This document shows, piece after piece, positions 1-8,519 of a stretch of DNA of 64,000 bases (within the stretch, counting starts at the first letter, position 1; each line of letters starts with the position of its first letter). A model generated the notes under the pieces. That model searched no databases. It saw only the letters and a list, made by a program, of their open reading frames with translations, and was not told the origin of the DNA. The position numbers and the translations under genes are program-made. This stretch comes from Candidatus Binataceae bacterium (GTDB taxonomy: Bacteria > Desulfobacterota > Binatia > Binatales > Binataceae): positions 4,771 to 68,770 of the forward strand of contig DATJRJ010000129.1 of NCBI GenBank assembly GCA_035504735.1, in the 5' to 3' direction.

Positions 1-524
1 GCGCGCCGGAACAGCCGCTCGCGATACATCGTGCTCCAGACGTAGACGTCGACCGACGGCTCCTCGCCGAGCGTTACGTCGATCATCCAGTCTTCGAGCT
101 GCGGACCGCATACCAGCAGCCGCACCAGCCGCCCATGGTCGAGCAGTACGCCGCGCGCCTCGCGCGGAAGGCGGAACTCGTCTTTGATACGTTGCACCAG
201 CTTGGGCGAGTAGTGCTCCGGCGTCATCGGAACGTGAACCCAGCATCCGGGCTCGGGATTGGCCTCGCGCGCGATACGCAGATTGTTGTCGGTGAGATCG
301 TCCTTGGCGCGTTCCTGATCGTAATCGCGGGCCGATTCGTAGAAACCCATCGCAACCGGCAATTGAGGAAGCTCGGCTTCGGGCTTTTCGCCGGCATTGC
401 TCGTCGCATCCCCCGACGGCTCGGCCTTCTGCAGAGCCGGCTTCTTGCGCTTGACGGTGGTCTCAACCCACCATCGATTTTCGACGTTTGGTTTGCGGGG
501 CTCCGGTACTCCTCGGGTCGCCAT
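1..524 (-). CDS. hypothetical protein (N-terminal part; gene runs off the left window edge)
   Basis: Manual minus-strand translation from ATG (524-522): MATRGVPEPRKPNVENRWWVETTVKRKKPALQKAEPSGDATSNAGEKPEAELPQLPVAMGFYESARDYDQERAKDD...VYVWSTMYRERLFRR, open to base 1. It is missing from the ORF track because no stop lies in the window. In-frame sequence upstream of 524 is Pro/Arg junk ending in a stop. No family recognised. Confidence 0.5.
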   Translation of the reverse strand, partial: MATRGVPEPRKPNVENRWWVETTVKRKKPALQKAEPSGDATSNAGEKPEAELPQLPVAMGFYESARDYDQERAKDDLTDNNLRIAREANPEPGCWVHVPMTPEHYSPKLVQRIKDEFRLPREARGVLLDHGRLVRLLVCGPQLEDWMIDVTLGEEPSVDVYVWSTMYRERLFRR

Positions 525-547
525 TGCGCCTATTATATCGAGGATCG

Positions 548-1066
548 TTACGAGGCGCGCGCGACCCGGCGGCGGGTGCGGACCGTGGACGGAGTCGCGC
601 GGCGGCGGCGCGCCACACCGATTCGGGAGCGCGGGGAGGTCGCGGCAGCGCGGCGGGCAGCCCGGCGCAAACCGTTGACCATCCGGCGCATGAAAGCATC
701 GGCCTTGCGCTCGGCATCGGTCCACAGCAGATAGTGGCCCATCTCATGGTAGACCATCTGGATCCACATCCGTTCCTTGTTATAGATCCGGCCGCGCTTC
801 CAATTTTCAGGGTGGACCAGGTGGATACGGCCATCCTCGTAAGTTTTGCCTGCGGTTTTGCCCCAATCGATGTACTCGAACCATTCGATACGCGGTCCAC
901 GGACGCCGTAGAAGCGGCATAAATCGGCAACCGCGCGTTTGAAGGCGGAGGGGCGATGCTGACGAAAGAAAAGCGAAAAATTGCGGTCGATTTCGCGTCG
1001 GCAGGCGACGGGAGGGACGATCATGCGCATGGGAGCAGCCTTTTTGCGTGAAATATTGCGGGGCAA
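548..1066 (-). CDS. hypothetical protein with HExxH (HEMGH) zinc-metallopeptidase-like motif
   Basis: 172-aa ORF with a balanced composition in its core (...EWFEYIDWGKTAGKTYEDGRIHLVHPENWKRGRIYNKERMWIQMVYHEMGHYLLW...). The C-terminal ~45 aa are Arg-rich and low complexity. The start is uncertain (ATG 1066 or the internal MRM at ~1030). The stop lies 23 nt upstream of the next minus-strand gene. Confidence 0.5.
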   Translation of the reverse strand: MPRNISRKKAAPMRMIVPPVACRREIDRNFSLFFRQHRPSAFKRAVADLCRFYGVRGPRIEWFEYIDWGKTAGKTYEDGRIHLVHPENWKRGRIYNKERMWIQMVYHEMGHYLLWTDAERKADAFMRRMVNGLRRAARRAAATSPRSRIGVARRRRATPSTVRTRRRVARAS

Positions 1067-1107
1067 TCTTACGAAGGCTCGGCAAAGATAGTCAATGAAG
1101 ATTGCGT

Positions 1108-1136
1108 TTGGCTTAAAAATAACCGCTAAGTATTTA
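1108..1136 (+). promoter_or_regulatory. candidate sigma70-type promoter for the AhpD-like/ispG unit
   Basis: TTGGCT (1108-1113), a 17-nt spacer, then TATTTA (1131-1136), in an AT-rich spacer ~120 nt upstream of the 1254 start. Pattern match only. Confidence 0.3.
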
Positions 1137-1253
1137 GAAATAAACGAAAACCCAGGCGAGAGCCTCTAAATGGTCGCAGCCGGCCGGTTTCTGCTATCAT
1201 GCAAACCTATTCCGAATCGCGAGTGCCCGGCGCTCCGCGCCAAGGAGGCGACG

Positions 1254-1598
1254 ATGGACAACTTCTACGATCGTGGCAATCTGAAAAACGTCCGCAAGCT
1301 GCGCGAGCTCAAGCCCGAGGCCTACAACAAATTTATCGAGTTCAGCCAGTCGATTTTCAAGGACGATGCGCTGCCCAACAAAATCAAGCAACTGATTGCG
1401 ATTGGCGTTGCGCATACCACGCAATGTCCATGGTGTATCGACGTGCACGTCAACGCCGCCAAAGATCTCGGCGCGACCGATGAAGAGATCGCCGAGGCGG
1501 TGCTGGTCGCGATGGAAATCCGCGCCGGCGGCGCGTTCGCACATTCGGGAATCGCCTTCGGTCTCACCGCCGAGCATGCGCAAGGTCACAAGCATTAG
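1254..1598 (+). CDS. carboxymuconolactone decarboxylase / AhpD-like family protein
   Basis: The ORF 1170..1598 contains the AhpD-type CxxC motif (HTTQCPWCIDVH). The ATG at 1254 (MDNFYDRG...) is preceded by AAGGAGG at 1242-1248, so the shorter start is preferred. Confidence 0.85.
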   Translation: MDNFYDRGNLKNVRKLRELKPEAYNKFIEFSQSIFKDDALPNKIKQLIAIGVAHTTQCPWCIDVHVNAAKDLGATDEEIAEAVLVAMEIRAGGAFAHSGIAFGLTAEHAQGHKH

Positions 1599-1610
1599 AC
1601 GGATCGCGAA

Positions 1611-2762
1611 ATGACTCAGAGCGATACAGTGGTTCACAAGACGCGGGCAGTCAGGGTCGGCAGCACGACGGTCGGCGGCGGCGCGCCGGTGGTGGTGCAA
1701 TCGATGTGTGCCACCAAGACGACGGATATCGAGGCGACCGTCGCCCAGGTCCATCAACTGGCCCGCGCCGGCGCCGGCATTGTGCGGATCGCGCTCGACA
1801 ACGAAAAGGAAGTGAGCGCGCTCAAGGAGATTCGCGCGCAGACCCGCGGCGTGAACCTGTCAGTCGATTTGCAGGAGAACTATCGGATCGCCGGCAAGGT
1901 GGCGCCCCACGTCGACAAGCTTCGCTACAACCCCGGTCATCTTCACCATATCGAGAAATCCAAGTCGATTCCCGACAAGGTACGATGGCTCGCGACGGTT
2001 GCCCGCGACCATGACCTCGCGATTCGTATCGGCGTCAACTGCGGTTCGGTGGCGCCCGCGTTCCTCGAGAAATATGCCGGCGATCAGATGGCCGCGATGG
2101 TGGAATCGGCCGTCTGGCACTGCGAAATGATGGACTCGTGCGGCTTCGACCGCTACATCGTATCGCTCAAGGATTCCGATCCGGCCCGCGTGCTGGAAGG
2201 CAACCGGCGCTTTGCCGCGCGCCGGCCTGATGTGCCGCTGCATCTCGGCGTCACCGAAGCGGGCCTGCCGCCCGACGGGATTATCAAGACCCGCCTCGCT
2301 TTCGAGAAGCTATTGGCGCAGGGCACCGGCGCGACGATTCGGGTCTCGCTCACGTTACCGAATGAGCGCAAGCACGAGGAGGTTGAGGTCGGCTTTCAGA
2401 TCCTGCGCGACGTTGCCGCCGGCCGCTTTATCTCGGTGCCTGATTTCGGCCAGGGGATGAATATCATCTCGTGCCCCTCGTGCTCGCGGGTCGAGAACGA
2501 GAAATTCGTCGAGCTCGCCCAGGCGGTAAAGCAGATGAGCATTTACGCGGCGGCCCATCGGATAACGATCGCGGTGATGGGATGCCGGGTGAATGGACCG
2601 GGCGAGACCGACGATGCCGACCTGGGGCTGTGGTGCGGTCCGACCACGGTCAATCTCAAGAAGAAGGACACCAAGCTCGGCAACTTTCCTTACGACAAAG
2701 TGCTCGCCCGGCTCCGCATCGAACTCGACAAACTGATTTCCGAGCGCGCCGCCTCGAACTAA
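1611..2762 (+). CDS. ispG: 4-hydroxy-3-methylbut-2-en-1-yl diphosphate synthase (IspG/GcpE)
   Basis: 383 aa with typical GcpE sequence ([26 protein letters not shown]...IISCPSCSR...[12 protein letters not shown]). Starts 12 nt after the previous stop. Confidence 0.95.
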   Translation: MTQSDTVVHKTRAVRVGSTTVGGGAPVVVQSMCATKTTDIEATVAQVHQLARAGAGIVRIALDNEKEVSALKEIRAQTRGVNLSVDLQENYRIAGKVAPHVDKLRYNPGHLHHIEKSKSIPDKVRWLATVARDHDLAIRIGVNCGSVAPAFLEKYAGDQMAAMVESAVWHCEMMDSCGFDRYIVSLKDSDPARVLEGNRRFAARRPDVPLHLGVTEAGLPPDGIIKTRLAFEKLLAQGTGATIRVSLTLPNERKHEEVEVGFQILRDVAAGRFISVPDFGQGMNIISCPSCSRVENEKFVELAQAVKQMSIYAAAHRITIAVMGCRVNGPGETDDADLGLWCGPTTVNLKKKDTKLGNFPYDKVLARLRIELDKLISERAASN

Positions 2763-2884
2763 CCGTGCCGCCGATGGCGGCCGCTCCAGGAGCGGTGCAA
2801 TTCAACGTGTGGACGACGGAGCCAAGCGGACTCGAGGGCGGTTTGCAAACGCGCGCTACCTGGTGACGGGTGTCGGGAAAGAAT

Positions 2885-3454
2885 TCAGCGCGTGACGGCT
2901 TCGCGCCGAGCGGCTGGCGGGCGCAACAACTCCGCCCGCATCAGGGTGACCCGTCCCGGAGCCTTGAGCGCCGCCAGCAGCTCCGAGATCGAATGGTTGA
3001 GCTTGGGATGCATCAGGGCCGGCGCCAGCTCGCTTATCGGCACCAGCACGAAACGCCGCTCCTGGAGCCGTGGATGCGGCACCTGCAGATGGCGTGAATC
3101 GATCACTTCGTTATCGAAGAACAACAGATCGAGATCGATAATCCGCGGCCGGTAGGGGCCGCGCGCCTTGGGTTTGCGGCCACGCACGCGCTTGCGCCCC
3201 ATGAGGCGTTCGATCGCCTGCAGGCGGGTAAGCAGCGCGGGCGCTTCGAGCTCGGTTTCGATCTCGATCACGCCGTTCAGAAAAGGACCGCTGCCGCGCT
3301 CCGAGTCGATAGGTTCAGTCTCGTAGATGGATGATTGTCGGACGATTCGGGTTTCGGCCAGACCCTGCAGCCGCGCTATCGCCTCCCGGTAATTACCGGC
3401 TCTATCTCCCAGATTACTTCCAATCCCGATGAAAACCCGATGGGGCATCCCCAC
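2885..3454 (-). CDS. folK: 2-amino-4-hydroxy-6-hydroxymethyldihydropteridine diphosphokinase (HPPK)
   Basis: HPPK hallmarks are present: VFIGIGSNLGDR, IDLDLLFF, LQVPHPRLQERRFVLVPISELAP. The start is either GTG 3454 or ATG 3448. Confidence 0.9.
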   Translation of the reverse strand: MGMPHRVFIGIGSNLGDRAGNYREAIARLQGLAETRIVRQSSIYETEPIDSERGSGPFLNGVIEIETELEAPALLTRLQAIERLMGRKRVRGRKPKARGPYRPRIIDLDLLFFDNEVIDSRHLQVPHPRLQERRFVLVPISELAPALMHPKLNHSISELLAALKAPGRVTLMRAELLRPPAARREAVTR

Positions 3455-3457
3455 CCG

Positions 3458-4636
3458 TCACAGTCGAAGTGCTGTTAGTCGACCAACCGCCTCTTTCAGC
3501 CGTTCGCTCCCCACCGTCATCGAGAAGCGAACGAACCCCTCACCACCCTTGCCGAATCCCGAGCCCGGTGTAATCGCCACGCCGGCCTCCTGAAGCACAC
3601 GTTCGGTGAATGAAACCGAGGTATAGCCCTGCGGGACCTGCGCCCACAGATAGAACGTCGCGCGCGGCACCTCGCACGGCAGGCCGAGCTTGCGCAGCAG
3701 CCCGACCATCATATCGCGACGCTCGCGGTAGATAGCGCAGTACTCGCGGACCGCCGCATCGCCCGACTCCAGGGCGGTGATCGCCGCTTCCTGCACGGCC
3801 TGGAAGACGCCCGAATCCATGTTGGTCTTGACCAGGCCCAGCGCCTTGATCAACTGGGCGTTGCCGACCGCGAAGCCGACGCGCCATCCGGTCATCGAGT
3901 AGGTTTTCGATAGCGAATGGAACTCGATTGCGCAGTCCATCCCGCCCGGGACTTCGAGCACGCTCGGTGCGCGATAACCGTCATAAGCGATTTCCGAATA
4001 AGCGACGTCGTGGGCGAGGATTATATTGTGCTTGAGGCAGTAGGCGACCGCGTCTTCGAAGAACGAGCGATCGACGGTGGCGGCGGTGGGGTTATTCGGG
4101 TAGTTGAGCCACATCAGCTTGGCGCGCCGCGCGATCTCGGGCGGAATCGCTGCGAAATCAGGCCGAAAGCCGTGCTCGCGCTGGAGCTTCATGTAGTAGG
4201 GCTCGCCGCCGTTGAAGACGCATCCCGAGAAATAGACCGGATAACCCGGATCGGGAATCAGCACGATGTCGCCCGGATCGACTACTGCGGTCGAAAAATT
4301 TGCGATCCCTTCCTTGGAGCCGATCAGCGCGAAGACCTCGCGAATCGGGTCGAGCTTGACCCCGAAGCGGCGTTGATACCAGCCGCTCGCCGCCTGCCGG
4401 AAGCGCTCCAGCCCTTCGTAATCGGGATAGCGATGGTTGGGCGGATTCTCGGCCGCGCGCTGTAAACTTTCGATGATGAAGCGCGGCGTCGGCAGGTCGG
4501 GATCGCCGATGCCGAGGCTGATTACATCCACACCCTTCTGCTGAATCTCCCGCTTCAGCCGATCGAGCTCGGCGAACAGGTAGGGCGGCAGCAGGCTCAA
4601 TCGCGCAGCAGGCTTGATTTGCACAGTGTGCGGCAA
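3458..4636 (-). CDS. class I/II PLP-dependent aminotransferase (LL-diaminopimelate / PatA-like aminotransferase family)
   Basis: 392 aa. The N-terminus LPPYLFAELDRLK...GVDVISLGIGDPDLPTP and the SLSKTYSMTGWRVG Lys motif are typical of this family. It uses a TTG start. Substrate is not determinable from sequence alone. Confidence 0.85.
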   Translation of the reverse strand: MPHTVQIKPAARLSLLPPYLFAELDRLKREIQQKGVDVISLGIGDPDLPTPRFIIESLQRAAENPPNHRYPDYEGLERFRQAASGWYQRRFGVKLDPIREVFALIGSKEGIANFSTAVVDPGDIVLIPDPGYPVYFSGCVFNGGEPYYMKLQREHGFRPDFAAIPPEIARRAKLMWLNYPNNPTAATVDRSFFEDAVAYCLKHNIILAHDVAYSEIAYDGYRAPSVLEVPGGMDCAIEFHSLSKTYSMTGWRVGFAVGNAQLIKALGLVKTNMDSGVFQAVQEAAITALESGDAAVREYCAIYRERRDMMVGLLRKLGLPCEVPRATFYLWAQVPQGYTSVSFTERVLQEAGVAITPGSGFGKGGEGFVRFSMTVGSERLKEAVGRLTALRL

Positions 4637-4661
4637 CGCTCCGGACGAAACTTAATTGACA

Positions 4662-4841
4662 CTAGTTAGCATAGCTCGGCGGCAGATTAAACGGGGTTTG
4701 AATTGATGTCCGCATAATCGCGAGATTCGCCCGCAATCCGACCGGTCGCTCGGCCTGGCGCGCCGCACCGGCGATGATTTGCCCAGCATCGACGCCGGCC
4801 AGAGGCTTTCCGATTAGCTCGACAAATTTCGCGCGGTCCAT
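4662..4841 (-). CDS. possible small protein (59 aa), unknown function
   Basis: Manual translation gives MDRAKFVELIGKPLAGVDAGQIIAGAARQAERPVGLRANLAIMRTSIQTPFNLPPSYAN*. It apparently falls below the length shown in the ORF track (its shortest entries are 60 aa). Composition is protein-like. The stop is 25 nt upstream of the aminotransferase start on the same strand. The RBS is weak. Confidence 0.25.
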   Translation of the reverse strand: MDRAKFVELIGKPLAGVDAGQIIAGAARQAERPVGLRANLAIMRTSIQTPFNLPPSYAN

Positions 4842-5069
4842 TATTTTCTCTTGCCCAACGGCTAGCGCAATGTTAGTTGTTTTTGCGTTTTACGATTTGA
4901 AGGCAGTGGGGGTAGGACTTTTCCGACGGCGAATTACCGCTCTGCCGAAAGATTGTGTGGATGGCGTAGTCGTTTGAAGCTCCCGTTCTGCGCCGTCGGG
5001 AATGAGAGTGGGGGAACTGCGTGCGATTGCTAACCGGAGTTCGCTTGTAAACCGGATCTGAATGACACG

Positions 5070-5582
5070 ATGAACCGGATATTGATTCCTCTCGCCCTGG
5101 CTACATTCGTAGGCGGTCTGATGGTGCTCGCCTTTTCGCAGCGACCATGGGCTCCGCGCGAGGACGTCCAGCAGCCGATCCCCTTTAGCCATCGGATCCA
5201 TGCCGGCGTGAACCAGATTCCCTGCCAGTACTGCCATGAGTACGCGCGCCGCTCGGAGACCTCGGGCGTGCCGCCGGTGCAGCGCTGTGTGGGATGCCAC
5301 GGCGACGCCTTGTTCGGCGGGTTGAAGCCGGTGACGCGGCCATGGACCGATCACACGCAGCCGCCCTTCGAAATTCGTTGGAACCGGGTCTATACGTTGC
5401 CCGACTTCGTGCGCTTCACCCATCAACCGCATATCTGGGCGGGCGTTGCGTGCCAGGACTGTCACGGTCCGGTCCAGGACATGGACCGCATCGAGCCGGT
5501 GCACGAAATCAACATGGGCTTCTGCCTCAGTTGTCATGAAAAACGTGGCGCCACTCAGGACTGCTTTATCTGCCACCATTAA
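5070..5582 (+). CDS. actA: Alternative Complex III pentahaem cytochrome c subunit ActA
   Basis: 170 aa with an N-terminal TM/signal segment and five CXXCH motifs (CQYCH, CVGCH, CQDCH, CLSCH, CFICH). It sits directly upstream of actB. Confidence 0.85.
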   Translation: MNRILIPLALATFVGGLMVLAFSQRPWAPREDVQQPIPFSHRIHAGVNQIPCQYCHEYARRSETSGVPPVQRCVGCHGDALFGGLKPVTRPWTDHTQPPFEIRWNRVYTLPDFVRFTHQPHIWAGVACQDCHGPVQDMDRIEPVHEINMGFCLSCHEKRGATQDCFICHH

Positions 5583-5594
5583 GCGAGGGGTCTG

Positions 5595-8519
5595 ATGTCA
5601 GAAGGGTTGAGCAGACGGTCGTTTCTCAAAATCGCCAGTGCGGCGGGCGCGGCCGCGGCGATTCCCGGATGCGAACCGGCCGGGCGGGAGCTTATTCCCT
5701 ACGTCGTGCCTGACGAAAATGTGATCCCCGGCGTCCCCTCATTCTATGCGACGACCTGTACCGAATGCGGGGCTGGATGCGGAGTGGTGGCGCGGGTGCG
5801 CGAGGGGCGGGTAGTCAAGCTCGAGGGTAATCCCAAGGACCCCATCAGCCAGGGCACGCTCTGCGCCCGCGGCCAGGCCGCACTGCAAGGTCTCTACAAT
5901 CCCGACCGACTGGCACATCCGTTCGTGCGCGGCGATGACGGCCGGCTGCGCAGGGTCTCGTGGGATATAGCTACGCGCGCGCTGCTCGGCCATCTGACGA
6001 CAGCCGCTAAGGCGGGCAAGGATCGGGTTGCCTACCTGGGGAATCCGCAGGGTCCGACGCTCGACAAGATCGCAGGTGTGTGGCTCACAGCCTGGAACTC
6101 GAGCAAGGCGGTTTTTTACGAGCCGCTGGCGAATCCGGTCGCGCAACAGGCGGCGCAGGATTGTTTCGGACGCAGCGATCGGCCGGTTTACCATCTCGAT
6201 CAGGCCGAGGCGCTGATTTCATTCGGCGCGGATTTTATCGATACCTGGGACTCGCCGGTCGAGTTGATGCGTCAGTATGCGGCATTCCGTGCGCCGCGGG
6301 ATCGGCGCGGCAAGGTCAGCATCGGGCGCGCCGCCTATGTCGGCCCGCGGATGAATCTGACCGCTGCCAAGAGCGACGAATGGATCGCGGTCAAGCCCGG
6401 CCATGAAGCTGCCATCGCGATGAGCGTGCTGTATGTGCTCGTGCGCCAGGGGTGGATCTCGCCCAACTCGGGTTTCGACATTGCAACCCTGAAGAGCTTC
6501 GCCGAAGGCTACGATCCCGACTCGGTGAGCCAGCAGACCGGTATCCCCGCCGAGACCATCACGCGGCTGGGACAGATGTTCGGGCAGGCCGAGGGTGCGG
6601 TCGCGCTGGCCGGCAGCCAGGATAAGGAAACCCACGTCGCAGCCTTTGTATTGAACGCCGTGACCGGCAATCTGGGCAAGACGGTCGCCTTCCTCGATGG
6701 CGCGCCGACCTCGCCGGTGAGTTCCCAGGCCGAACTCGACGGCCTCATCACGGCGATGAATCAGAAGGATATCGAGGTACTGGTAATCGGTGCCGGAGCG
6801 AACCCGGTTTACGCGATGTCGCCGGCGGCCAAGTTCAACGACGCGCTGCGCCAGGTGCCGTTCGTCGTCTGGTGCGGGCTGGTGCCTGACGAGACCGCCG
6901 AAAAGGCCCATCTGTTGCTCCCGATTCATCATCCGCTCGAGAGCTGGCGCGACATCGCGCCGCAGGCGGGCATCAAGGGACTCGGACAGCCGGTGATGCA
7001 GCCGGTGTTTGAGAGCCGCGACCTCGGCGGCGTGATGTTGGAGTCGGCCCGCGCGTCGGGCGCCGACAGCAAGACGGTGCCGTGGCAAACCAGCGCGGAT
7101 GCCGTCAAGGCCAGCTTCCAGGACCTTCAGACGCAACTTGGCGACAAGAGCAAGCCCGAGGACTTCTTCGCCCAGGCGCTGCGCGATGGCGGCGTCTTTG
7201 TCGAGGCCAAGGTCACCGAAGTCAAGCTCAATCCGGCGGTCTTCCAGAACAAGCCCAAGCCGCCGGGCGCGGGGGCCGATCTGGTGCTGGCCGCTTACCC
7301 GCATATTTTTCTCTACGATGGGCGCGGGGCAAATAAGCCCTGGCTGCAGGAAATTCCGGAGCCGGTCGATCAAATCGTCTGGGATAGCTGGGTCGAGATT
7401 CATCCCGAAACGGCCAAGGGGCTCGGGATCGTGGGTGACGAAGTCGTCGAGCTGACGACCGACCAGGGCACCATCGCAGCCCCGGCGCTGATCTCGGAGC
7501 ATGTCCGGCCGGGAGTGATCGCGATGCCGCTGGGGCAGGGCCATAGCGCCTACGGCCGCTATGCGAAAGGGCGCGGCGTCAATGCCTTTACGATCCTGGC
7601 GCCCGGCGCACTAAGTGCCGCGGTCAAGGCCCGCGGGACCGGCCGCAAGGACCCGGTGGTGTCGCCGCTCTTCTCGGACAATATGATGGGCCGCAAAATC
7701 GTCGAGGCGATGAGCATCGAGGAACTGGCTAGCGGCGTCGCCCCCAAGGAGGAAAAGGAGCCCGTTCCTTACGAGATGTACGGGGCGTTCCAGTACCCGG
7801 TCCATCAATGGGGTATGACGATCGACACCAATGCCTGTGTCGGGTGCAGCGCCTGCGTCGCGGCCTGCTACGCCGAGAACAACCTGGAACTGGTCGGCAA
7901 GGAGGGGGTCGCCCACGGCCGCATCATGTCCTGGATGCGGATCGAGCGCTACGTGCCGCCCAAGGAAGAGGCCGACAAGGCGCCGCTCTTGTACATCACG
8001 CCGATGCTTTGCCAGCAGTGCCATCACGCGCCGTGCGAGCCGGTCTGCCCGGTGTTCGCCGCCTACCATACGCAGGAAGGAATCAACGGCCAGAACTACA
8101 ACCGCTGTATCGGCACGCGCTATTGCGAGAACAACTGTCCCTACAAGGTACGGCGCTTCAACTGGTACAAGGCCGAATGGCCGCCGCCGCTCCATCTGCA
8201 GCTCAACCCTGACGTGACGGTGCGGGGCGCAGGGGTAATGGAGAAGTGCACCTTCTGCATCCAGCGGATCGTGTACGCCGAGATCAACGCCATGACCAGC
8301 GAGCGGCCGGTGCGCGATGGTGAGATCCTTCCGGCCTGTGCCCAGACTTGTCCGACCCACGCCATTAGCTTCGGCGATATGAATGACAAGCAAGGCGAGA
8401 TGATGCGGCGGCGCAAGGATAATGAACACCGCACCTATCGGGTCCTGAATGCCGAGTTCAACACGCTGCCGGCGATCACCTATCTGCGCGAAATCTACCA
8501 CGAGAAAGGGAGAGCTTAA
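5595..8519 (+). CDS. actB: Alternative Complex III subunit ActB (molybdopterin-oxidoreductase-like domain fused to a 4Fe-4S ferredoxin domain)
   Basis: 974 aa with a Tat signal (SRRSFLKIASAAGAAAA). The N-terminal domain is CISM-like. The C-terminal part carries Cys clusters (CVGCSACVAACYAENN, CQQCHHAPCEPVCP, CIGTRYCENNCPYKVRRF, CTFC). Confidence 0.9.
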   Translation: MSEGLSRRSFLKIASAAGAAAAIPGCEPAGRELIPYVVPDENVIPGVPSFYATTCTECGAGCGVVARVREGRVVKLEGNPKDPISQGTLCARGQAALQGLYNPDRLAHPFVRGDDGRLRRVSWDIATRALLGHLTTAAKAGKDRVAYLGNPQGPTLDKIAGVWLTAWNSSKAVFYEPLANPVAQQAAQDCFGRSDRPVYHLDQAEALISFGADFIDTWDSPVELMRQYAAFRAPRDRRGKVSIGRAAYVGPRMNLTAAKSDEWIAVKPGHEAAIAMSVLYVLVRQGWISPNSGFDIATLKSFAEGYDPDSVSQQTGIPAETITRLGQMFGQAEGAVALAGSQDKETHVAAFVLNAVTGNLGKTVAFLDGAPTSPVSSQAELDGLITAMNQKDIEVLVIGAGANPVYAMSPAAKFNDALRQVPFVVWCGLVPDETAEKAHLLLPIHHPLESWRDIAPQAGIKGLGQPVMQPVFESRDLGGVMLESARASGADSKTVPWQTSADAVKASFQDLQTQLGDKSKPEDFFAQALRDGGVFVEAKVTEVKLNPAVFQNKPKPPGAGADLVLAAYPHIFLYDGRGANKPWLQEIPEPVDQIVWDSWVEIHPETAKGLGIVGDEVVELTTDQGTIAAPALISEHVRPGVIAMPLGQGHSAYGRYAKGRGVNAFTILAPGALSAAVKARGTGRKDPVVSPLFSDNMMGRKIVEAMSIEELASGVAPKEEKEPVPYEMYGAFQYPVHQWGMTIDTNACVGCSACVAACYAENNLELVGKEGVAHGRIMSWMRIERYVPPKEEADKAPLLYITPMLCQQCHHAPCEPVCPVFAAYHTQEGINGQNYNRCIGTRYCENNCPYKVRRFNWYKAEWPPPLHLQLNPDVTVRGAGVMEKCTFCIQRIVYAEINAMTSERPVRDGEILPACAQTCPTHAISFGDMNDKQGEMMRRRKDNEHRTYRVLNAEFNTLPAITYLREIYHEKGRA

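Noticed and set aside
135-734. 199-aa plus-strand ORF at the window start, with overlapping ORFs at 397..678, 463..930 and 488..922
   Set aside because: All have Arg-rich, repetitive translations. The minus-strand genes (1..524 and 548..1066) have protein-like composition and an operon-like arrangement.
6219-7544. 441-aa minus-strand ORF
   Set aside because: It is antisense to actB, has Arg/Leu/Gly/Asp-biased composition and no recognisable motifs. It is a GC-rich shadow ORF.
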